Source: Candidatus Sericytochromatia bacterium
Lineage (GTDB): Bacteria; Cyanobacteriota; Sericytochromatia; UBA7694
Length of the DNA: 25,375 nucleotides
NCBI GenBank assembly: GCA_050248915.1
Contig: JBFWRL010000077.1
Location: 1-25,375, forward strand
Reading direction: 5' to 3'
Shown: positions 15,501 to 21,588 of the stretch, piece after piece
How positions within the stretch are numbered: position 1 is the stretch's first letter
Layout of the letters: each line of letters opens with the position of its first letter
Made by a program: the position numbers and the translations under genes
The notes under the pieces: model-generated
The model's database searches: none
What the model saw: the letters and a program-made list of their open reading frames with translations, nothing else
What the model was told of the DNA's origin: nothing

Positions 15501-16627
15501 GGCCCTGCTGCGGTCAGATTTAAGGGGTGAAAAGCCGCGCGCACATAATTGACCACCAGCCCGGAATAATAGCGCTGATCGCGCCCCCAAAGCGGGTCTT
15601 TGAGTAGATCCGGCAAAAGTGTCAAAGCCAGTGGATTCTCGGCTTGAGTCAGCGTAAGTGCCTCTGTTTCCAGTCTGAGCAAAGGTGATGAGGCATTGGC
15701 CTGCAAACGCGTTTGCACCCGCTGGTTGAGTTGTTCAGATTTTTCTTTCAGTTCCGCTTGTAGAGACCGAAAACAGGCCTGTAACGAAAAATTCGGCATG
15801 AGGGTCTGCACTGCCTGCAGAATCTGGCGGCGGCGGGGCGGATCCGCCTCCAAAGTGGCCAAGACAGTCCCCAATTGACCAGGGGCAAAATTCAGATAGT
15901 GTTCCCCCGCCTGTAAAGCAGGGGGTAACCCGTCAAAGCCTTCGGGGCAAAGCAAGACTGCGCCACAGGCCAAGCTCTCCAACAACCGTGCCGTCAAGCC
16001 AGGGTCGTCACAGATCACGTAGCGGCTGCGCTGGAAATAAAAAGGCAAAAAAGCGGGGGTGGTGGCAATAAAATAGCGGCATTTCCAAGGCGCGGGCAGG
16101 GATTCATAAGCGGGCAAAGCAGGCGAGTAGGGATTGCTGGCAATATAGATCAGGTCATAGAGCGGTTCTGGCTCTGCCAGCGGATGGTGCAAAGCGGGTT
16201 CAAGGCCCTGCCAGCGGGTCTGCAAAACCGGCAAACCCAGGCGCGAAAAAAGCGCAAAGGCCTTTTCAGACAGAGCCACCAGACCATCATAAAGCGCCAA
16301 AACCCGACGGATATCCGCCTCAGACAACCCCTTGGGCAGATCCGCAAAAGCGATCAATGGCAACCCACTTTGAAAGCAATGGCGGGGAGGCAAACGTTTG
16401 TGGGGCTCCAAGAGAAAGAGCCATTCCGCCTCAGGAAAATGGACAGAGCAAAGCGCATTTAAGGCCGGCAATTGTGTGCTGACCTGCGTTCCCGGCAGTT
16501 CATAATTAAAGGCCTTGCTCTCCCAAGGGGTGTCAGACAATTCCAGCGCTCGCTCATCTGCCAAAGTCCGGCGCAAGGCCTGATCCAATCCCTGGCGGAA
16601 GTCGGGCCCCCAGAGTATTTTCACCAA
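12584..16627 (-). CDS. Giant multidomain glycosyltransferase (1347 aa): N-terminal GT-B C-half-like domain, helical/TPR-like region, complete GT4 domain, and a C-terminal third GT-B-like domain
   Basis: The GT4 signature is KKTVFLFVGGLIQRKGIDLL...CDVYVHPYRGEGFGLPILEAMACGLPVVV. The N-terminal region has ESLACGAVLLCPEGFDGL and the C-terminal region has FFACLDFSS...NLVIKP...AAGCKLIAAS. The start is TTG at 16627 or GTG at 16624, directly after the upstream TAA. Confidence 0.8.
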   Translation of the reverse strand: MVKILWGPDFRQGLDQALRRTLADERALELSDTPWESKAFNYELPGTQVSTQLPALNALCSVHFPEAEWLFLLEPHKRLPPRHCFQSGLPLIAFADLPKGLSEADIRRVLALYDGLVALSEKAFALFSRLGLPVLQTRWQGLEPALHHPLAEPEPLYDLIYIASNPYSPALPAYESLPAPWKCRYFIATTPAFLPFYFQRSRYVICDDPGLTARLLESLACGAVLLCPEGFDGLPPALQAGEHYLNFAPGQLGTVLATLEADPPRRRQILQAVQTLMPNFSLQACFRSLQAELKEKSEQLNQRVQTRLQANASSPLLRLETEALTLTQAENPLALTLLPDLLKDPLWGRDQRYYSGLVVNYVRAAFHPLNLTAAGPLLQAAHQCLAELPPRLQALQALVWAWKQQQWGLALHHLAALKGSTFSLMDFPPLLVAQEQIYVSLSVWYPPPQALELSLKLIELECLQGLGRWPELRAQAESVLAEAPLAPFFQLYLQALTALQDGPALLKAYAAAEAACPLEIPFRLHGAALLGESQPEQALAQVQTGRDLAQRHMMALESVEIFHALERLIWHKHPAAFAAAQEPRREGYLLWEGAIQSHHSLARINRRLLELLQTDPSLYFTTLPFHPPEFAESEPPGDLNNHWQWPDVLISHRWPPRLSPPQQGKWVNILPWEHGVLPESWVQTFNAALDQVWVPSAFVARSFEHSGLVPERIRVIPNGVDTTLYCPDGPQWPLPQRKKTVFLFVGGLIQRKGIDLLLNAYAQAFSAADDVALVIKGFGDQGVYSTGSLAEPLAFFRENPAAPALHLITRSDLSEQDLAALYRACDVYVHPYRGEGFGLPILEAMACGLPVVVPEAGPAPEFSSSDSAWYLPTWTAFELGKSLGDIGLTPFYPYYHEVDVAALAQCLRQIAAEPELIAQKGRSARKEAEAYSWQAMAERIRIEIGGLCNQQPALRDAAAQAQAAWQSALEQPGHWPELSELPIPAAIEPCLPGLQNLLSQCLQTGQQLKFKAYLGHAWERGLSLEQYLRLNLAETELEKRPLRVFWPEPALFFAPVPDSSALLQFVPVAAQTRFQLQTQAPWSGTSAWVWLQTPAQMLPDPAAVAAVFYAHPDQGLALRALGWSEQALLYLPPAVDFDVFSPMASPLVLEESQGRFCFFACLDFSSTSDSEPVWQHLLKAYLQTFAEPEPVNLVIKPLMQSFDSAIEQVMAWLENQGFDPEQIPALTFVQEELGPHNLPGLYTGSQVFIEVDPACDGLWALAAQAAGCKLIAASQFPFLERPFAEQAVLNDPLQLAWLLRKAFGQPLTQLSHSGRAVREYLRASYDLPRWQQRIQTFAGRSFLAQAF

Positions 16628-17947
16628 TTATAACCAGACGATGCGGGCCCGCGCGGGCTGACAATCGCGCAGGGCATTGCGGGTATCCACCAAAAGAGGC
16701 AGTTGATCGCAGAACATCTGGTGATCTACCCCTTGCCGGTGGTGGGTCACCACCACGCCGCAGGCATAAGCCGAGAGATCGGTCAAAGAGACCGAATGCA
16801 GGATCTGCCCTTCGAGCTCAAATTGGGGAATATACGGATCAAAATACTCCACTTGGGCCCCTTTCGACCAGAGCAATTGAATCAGCTCCAAGGCCGGTGA
16901 TTCACGCATATCATCGACATCAGACTTATACGCCACGCCAATCACCAGCACTTTGCTGCCTTTGAGTGGCAGGCCATGATCGTTGAGGGCCTCCATGATC
17001 AATTGCAGCACCTCGCGGGGCATGGCTGAATTGATCTGCTCTGCCAAGGCCATAAAACGCGGCTCATAGCCATGTAAGCGGGATTTCCAAATCAAATAAT
17101 GGGGATCGAGGGGAATACAGTGGCCGCCAATGCCGGGTCCGGGTAAAAATTTCATAAAGCCAAAAGGTTTGGTGGCAGCTGCATCAATCACTTCCCAGAC
17201 ATCCACCCCCAAGACCCGACAAATGCCTGCAAATTCATTCACCAAGGCAATATTGACACTGCGAAAGGTATTTTCCAAAATTTTAGCGGCCTCCGCTACC
17301 CGAGCCGAAGAGACCGAGTGAACCTGTCCCATCACCTGCCGATACAAGGCTGCGGCGACTTCGGTACAGGCGGGGGTGACTCCCCCCACTACTTTGGGAA
17401 TTTGAGCAACCTGAAACTGTTGATTGCCCGGATCTATCCGCTCGGGTGAAAAGGCCAATAAAAAGTCTTGACCGACTTTATAAGCGGTTTTTTCAAACAT
17501 CGGCAAGAGAATTTCGTCGGTGGTGCCGGGATACGTTGTGCTCTCCAAGATGACCAATTGACCGGGTCTGAGTATGTTGACAATTTCTTCAGCCGCCGCC
17601 AAAATATACGAAATATCGGGTTCTTTGCTCTTGCGCAAAGGGGTGGGCACACAGATAATCAGGGCATCTGCGTCTTTTAAATGGGAAAAATCGCTGCTAA
17701 AGACCGTGCTGGGCAGGGTGTTTAAACGGGCCACAAAATCGTCGGGGATATCTTGAATATACGATTTTCCTGCCTGTAGAGCCTGAATTTTACGGGCATC
17801 CACATCGATCCCTGTCACGGGAAAGCCTTCCCGAGAAAAGGCCTCCAAAAGTGGCAAGCCGACATATCCCAGCCCAATCACACCAATTCGGGTGGTTCGC
17901 TGCGCCAGCGTGTTTAAAAATTTTGCAACAAGGGATGTATTTGACAT
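16628..17947 (-). CDS. Nucleotide-sugar dehydrogenase of the UDP-N-acetyl-D-hexosamine dehydrogenase family (WbpA/TviB/WecC-like)
   Basis: The start MSNTS is at 17947. The Rossmann motif is IGVIGLGYVGLPL, and the product also contains ICVPTPL and the family-typical ERIDPGN and C-terminal region. The ORF-track start at 18040 is probably an upstream extension. Confidence 0.85.
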   Translation of the reverse strand: MSNTSLVAKFLNTLAQRTTRIGVIGLGYVGLPLLEAFSREGFPVTGIDVDARKIQALQAGKSYIQDIPDDFVARLNTLPSTVFSSDFSHLKDADALIICVPTPLRKSKEPDISYILAAAEEIVNILRPGQLVILESTTYPGTTDEILLPMFEKTAYKVGQDFLLAFSPERIDPGNQQFQVAQIPKVVGGVTPACTEVAAALYRQVMGQVHSVSSARVAEAAKILENTFRSVNIALVNEFAGICRVLGVDVWEVIDAAATKPFGFMKFLPGPGIGGHCIPLDPHYLIWKSRLHGYEPRFMALAEQINSAMPREVLQLIMEALNDHGLPLKGSKVLVIGVAYKSDVDDMRESPALELIQLLWSKGAQVEYFDPYIPQFELEGQILHSVSLTDLSAYACGVVVTHHRQGVDHQMFCDQLPLLVDTRNALRDCQPARARIVWL

Positions 17948-17954
17948 GGATTTT

Positions 17955-17960
17955 ATTATA
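17955..17960 (-). promoter_or_regulatory. Perfect -10 hexamer TATAAT exactly 7 nt upstream of the dehydrogenase ATG; candidate leaderless transcript
   Basis: The minus strand reads caagagTATAATaaaatccATG. There is no convincing -35. Confidence 0.35.
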
Positions 17961-18023
17961 CTCTTGATCCTGGGTCGCTGCAGTTGCTCAGACTCAAACC
18001 CAAGAAAGGCCCCAAATTGAGAT

Positions 18024-18656
18024 ATGTCAGCCTGCCCCAACTGTCAAAATTCTGAACAGAAACGCGAACCCACGGCTTACGGAGATTGGACCCGCTGTCT
18101 CAAATGTCGGGCCTACTACGCCCCCACCCCCAACAAAACCATGCCTGCAGAACCAAGTGCCCAAAACGCTTTAAACATCTTTCAAACCATCCAGAATGAA
18201 ACGGGTCAGCACCTCTCCTGGCAAGCCCCCTCTCCCAAAATTTATCTTTTGACAGGGGGGATCACAGCCCTGTTTGGCGGCCTTTTTCTACTGGGTGGCG
18301 TCTGGCTGGGCCATTGGAGTTATGCCCTGATCGGCCTCTTATTTGGGGGGCTGATGCTCTGGATCGGCGGAGATCAATTGCGCAAAGGCCTGAATACCCA
18401 CCAGCTCAGCCTGAGCAGCAGCGGAAAAATCCAGGTAAAAACCGGCCCTTGGCCCCATCAGGGCTACCCACTGGCAGTGGAACCCAGTGAGCCACTGTTT
18501 TGCAGGGTTTTTCGGCAAGAGCAACTTTCGCTGTTTGAGCTTTACACGCGTCAAAACGGCAAAGCCAAACGTGTCACCCCCGCTGAGTTGGCAAGCAAAG
18601 AACAGGCCTTTTGGCTGCTCTATCGCTGCAAAAGACCATCACAGCCCCCCATTTAA
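18024..18656 (+). CDS. Zn-ribbon (CPNC...CLKC) membrane protein with 2 TM segments, unknown function
   Basis: N-terminal C-x2-C-x17-C-x2-C, two hydrophobic helices rich in GxxxG (LLTGGITALFGGLFLLGGVWLG; LIGLLFGGLMLWIGG) and a soluble C-terminal domain. Its stop shares a TTAA tetramer with the convergent gene's stop. Confidence 0.5.
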   Translation: MSACPNCQNSEQKREPTAYGDWTRCLKCRAYYAPTPNKTMPAEPSAQNALNIFQTIQNETGQHLSWQAPSPKIYLLTGGITALFGGLFLLGGVWLGHWSYALIGLLFGGLMLWIGGDQLRKGLNTHQLSLSSSGKIQVKTGPWPHQGYPLAVEPSEPLFCRVFRQEQLSLFELYTRQNGKAKRVTPAELASKEQAFWLLYRCKRPSQPPI

Positions 18657-20125
18657 CGGCGTTGGCAGCGCCAAACGGGCAGGGCATTGCTGATGCCTTT
18701 GAGAAACGCCGAACGGGCCTCAAAAGCATAACCTGATTCACTTAAAATCACCTCGGTGGTGGGGTTGAAGACGGTCTCACTCACCCAGATTTCTCCCGCT
18801 TCAGCGAGTCCCTGAATGCGAGCGGCCAAATTGACGGTCTGCCCAAAGAAATCAAGACGTTCATTGGCATTGACTGCCAAAACCGGCCCTGTGTGCAAAC
18901 CCACCTTGAGCCCCAATTGTACTTCTGCGCTGGGCTGATTGAGGGCCTCAATGGCTTCCACCATTTCCAAGGCTGCCCGCAAACCATCAGCAGGGCTAGA
19001 AAAGGTCGCCATAATCGCATCTCCAATGGTTTTGACCACCGAACCAGCATGGTTACGGGTGCAGGCCGTGAGCAAATCAAAATGACGCTGCACCAAGGCA
19101 TAAGCCTGATAATCTCCGGTTTGTTCATACATCGCTGTTGAGCCCTTGAGATCGGTAAACATCACCGTTTGACTGCCGATCGAGAGGCGCAGGTCGGGAT
19201 CCAATTGCTGAATTTTATAGATTTCGCGAAAGGTCTGGTGATTGAGCAATGCTTTGGCACTCAAAAAAGGCAGCAACTGACTGGGATATTGCTGCAAAAC
19301 CGCCACGATGGCCTCAAAATCAAATTTCCAAAAGGTCAAAATGCGGGTCGTGGCACTGCAATTGTGAATCCGCACACTGACCTCCCCGGCCGGCAAGTGG
19401 CGCTCATTTTCAACAAAGCCCATTTCGCTGATATCCGTATCCACGACCACAGGCAGTTCGGCCAAGTCGCTGCCGGTTTTGAGCCAAAATTGGCTGTGAC
19501 TTTGCAAATTGATCACCCGGTAAACACAGTTGGGTTCGGCCTTCAGCGGCAAACTGACCCGCTCATTGGGGTCCACCCAATAGAGCCCCAAACACAGGGA
19601 CTGCATCAGCGGCAGCAATTGCGGCGCATGTTTCATGCTGGCCGAAAAATAGCTGCGATAATAATTTTCGAGACTGGCCATGGGAGCCACCTGTTCTGAA
19701 AAGTCGGCAATACCCGGATGCAATCCAAAGGTCACTTCCACCTGTTGATCCAGAGAAAAATTGACGTCTTTATTGCAAACAGGACAAAAGACATGGCCCT
19801 CTTTTAAACCGTTGATACTCCCATAGGTGTATTCGGTGCTGCCACAACCCAGACAGACAATCGTCCAATTCAGGTCAAAGAGGCCAATCCGGGTGCTGAA
19901 AAGCAGCAAATCGAGCAAACTAGAAAGATCTAAATCGTAATCCTGCGCCAATTGCAAAGGGTTCAAACGCAGCAATTGCCAAGGGCTGAGCTGAGGCAAA
20001 ATCTCACCAAAACGCTGAACCAAGCCCACCGGCAATTGGGGATAATGTTCCAAGGCCTTGAGCTTGCGTTGCAGGGTTTCATTGAACACGCTGAGACACC
20101 TCATTTGAATCAGTTTTGCCTGCAC
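18653..20125 (-). CDS. Class III adenylate/guanylate cyclase with an N-terminal domain containing a Zn-ribbon
   Basis: The C-terminal cyclase homology domain reads VMFTDLKGSTAMYE..GDAIMATF...GLHTGPV...DFFGQTVNLAARIQ. The N-terminal region has CLGCGS-x18-CPVCNKD. The start is ambiguous: GTG at 20125 or ATG (M8) at 20104. Confidence 0.8.
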   Translation of the reverse strand: MQAKLIQMRCLSVFNETLQRKLKALEHYPQLPVGLVQRFGEILPQLSPWQLLRLNPLQLAQDYDLDLSSLLDLLLFSTRIGLFDLNWTIVCLGCGSTEYTYGSINGLKEGHVFCPVCNKDVNFSLDQQVEVTFGLHPGIADFSEQVAPMASLENYYRSYFSASMKHAPQLLPLMQSLCLGLYWVDPNERVSLPLKAEPNCVYRVINLQSHSQFWLKTGSDLAELPVVVDTDISEMGFVENERHLPAGEVSVRIHNCSATTRILTFWKFDFEAIVAVLQQYPSQLLPFLSAKALLNHQTFREIYKIQQLDPDLRLSIGSQTVMFTDLKGSTAMYEQTGDYQAYALVQRHFDLLTACTRNHAGSVVKTIGDAIMATFSSPADGLRAALEMVEAIEALNQPSAEVQLGLKVGLHTGPVLAVNANERLDFFGQTVNLAARIQGLAEAGEIWVSETVFNPTTEVILSESGYAFEARSAFLKGISNALPVWRCQRR

Positions 20126-20152
20126 AGCTTACGCCCTTACAAGCCAAAGGTC
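20124..20152 (-). promoter_or_regulatory. Candidate promoter for the cyclase gene: -35 TTGACC (20152..20147), 17-nt spacer, -10 TAAGCT (20129..20124)
   Basis: The minus strand reads TTGACCtttggcttgtaagggcgTAAGCT. The -10 overlaps the GTG at 20125, so if this promoter is real the start codon is the downstream ATG at 20104. Confidence 0.25.
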
Positions 20153-20175
20153 AAATCAGTCAAGGCTTGAGTACA
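20138..20175 (+). promoter_or_regulatory. Inverted repeat CAAGCC-N18-GGCTTG (20138..20167) ending 2 nt before a TACAAT -10 (20170..20175) of the merR-family gene; candidate operator/promoter
   Basis: The 6-bp perfect arms are seen directly. TACAAT lies 31 nt upstream of the ATG, which has an AAGGAG Shine-Dalgarno. Confidence 0.3.
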
Positions 20176-20206
20176 ATAGAGACAGCCCTCGCCAAAGGAG
20201 AAAAAA

Positions 20207-20599
20207 ATGAACATTGGTCAACTTGCCAAAGCCTCAGGCGTCAATGCCAAATTGATTCGCTATTACGAATCCATTGGCCTGATTCCCCCTGCCGAGCGCA
20301 GTGAATCAAACTACCGGGTCTATCGCGAAACAGATGTCCATTTTCTCAAATTTATCAAACGTTCGCGCAAATTGGGCTTTGGCATTCCAGATATTCAGGT
20401 TCTGCTCAGCCTCTGGCAAGACAGCGCCCGCTCCAGTGCCGAAGTCAAAGAATTGGCACAAAAGCATATTCAGAGCCTCGAAGCCCAAATGACTGAGATG
20501 CAGGCCATGCTCAAGACGCTCAAACGCCTGTCGCAAACCTGCCACGGCGACGAGCGTCCTGAATGCCCCATTCTGGAGGAGCTGGCCCAAGACCGCTAG
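20207..20599 (+). CDS. cueR: MerR-family Cu(I)-responsive regulator (CueR/HmrR type)
   Basis: The N-terminal helix-turn-helix is MNIGQLAKASGVNAKLIRYYESIGLI. A dimerisation helix follows, and the C-terminal metal-binding loop CHGDERPEC has the same Cys-x7-Cys spacing as the CueR Cu(I) site. Confidence 0.75.
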   Translation: MNIGQLAKASGVNAKLIRYYESIGLIPPAERSESNYRVYRETDVHFLKFIKRSRKLGFGIPDIQVLLSLWQDSARSSAEVKELAQKHIQSLEAQMTEMQAMLKTLKRLSQTCHGDERPECPILEELAQDR

Positions 20600-21372
20600 T
20601 TCAGGCTTTGAACCTCAAACCGGCTCACGTTCATCGAGCAGGCATAGGTCAGCAGGCCCACACGCCCGCCCGGAAAGCCGGCTTCACTTATATTGAAGCG
20701 CTGACTGCCATTGACATTGAAGCTGATTTGACCATTCGAAACAGTGATCTGCAATTCCACGGCTTGAGTCGCTTCATACAAGGGGATTTTATCGCTGGCA
20801 AGCGTGGTATAAACACCATTGCGCTTGACTTCTATGCGTGTAAAGGGACCATTATTGGCCGTGTCTTGTACACTCAAGACACGGTAAAAATTTTGCTCAT
20901 CTTGATAGCCAAAGAGCACCCCAAAGCCATCGTTGTCGGTGGGTCTGATCGTGGCATTGAGCCGAAAGTTTTGCAGCTCAGCCGGGCTTTTTAAGATAGC
21001 ATGGGTGCCTTCATAAAATTTAAACTCGTCGTCATTGCGGTAAATATTGCTGCTCTGGCTCAAAACCCCTTGGCTGGCACTCCAGCGCGAAGGCCCCGAG
21101 CTCACATCTTTGGCATCGACAATGTCCCAACGGGCCAAAAACGCCGTGTCGTCACTAAATTCAACCGCGCTGGGCTTGGGAATCGGGGTGCCCAGGGCAG
21201 TGGGTTCAGGCAAAGGCACGCTGGTTGGTCGGGCCGTTGCCACTGGGGTAGCCATGGACGTGGGTACTGCACTGGGCAAGAGGCCAGAGATCTCTCCAGG
21301 CGAAACCACGATACAGCTGCTCAAGCTGAGAGCGGTAAACAGCGAAAAAGGCAAAAGTGAAATACGTTTCAT
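20596..21372 (-). CDS. Secreted lipoprotein with a ConA-like/DUF1080-like (lectin/glucanase superfamily) domain
   Basis: From the ATG at 21372 (Shine-Dalgarno AAGAGG) the product starts MKRISLLPFSLFTALSLSSC, i.e. signal peptide plus lipobox, followed by a Pro/Thr-rich linker and then W...GPSRWSASQGVL...NDGFGVLFGYQDEQNFYRV. The ORF-track start at 21444 is a probable extension. Confidence 0.55.
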   Translation of the reverse strand: MKRISLLPFSLFTALSLSSCIVVSPGEISGLLPSAVPTSMATPVATARPTSVPLPEPTALGTPIPKPSAVEFSDDTAFLARWDIVDAKDVSSGPSRWSASQGVLSQSSNIYRNDDEFKFYEGTHAILKSPAELQNFRLNATIRPTDNDGFGVLFGYQDEQNFYRVLSVQDTANNGPFTRIEVKRNGVYTTLASDKIPLYEATQAVELQITVSNGQISFNVNGSQRFNISEAGFPGGRVGLLTYACSMNVSRFEVQSLN

Positions 21373-21514
21373 AATAGGACCTCTTTTCTGGAGGCAGCTT
21401 CTGCAAACGACAACGATTGCTTCAGCCTCCCCTGTGTTCAGCATATTTCAGGGCCTGATGCTTGTCGAAGAGCCAAGACAACGCTTTCTTTGATCTCCAT
21501 CAAGAAAAAGGGTG

Positions 21515-21523
21515 TGTTATGAT
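21515..21523 (+). promoter_or_regulatory. Extended -10 element TGtTATGAT upstream of the prolyl oligopeptidase gene
   Basis: The plus strand reads ggtgTGTTATGATaccc, about 65 nt before the ATG at 21589. No good -35 was found. Confidence 0.3.
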
Positions 21524-21588
21524 ACCCGCAAATCTGTCGGGGTCCCCACTTAAGGCCCTGTGAATCAAGGTCAAAGAAGGTATAAACG

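Noticed and set aside
18653-20125. GTG at 20125 as the definite adenylate cyclase start
   Set aside because: A TTGACC-N17-TAAGCT promoter-like element would overlap this codon. The ATG at 20104 (M8) is an equally plausible start, so the N-terminus is left ambiguous rather than asserted.
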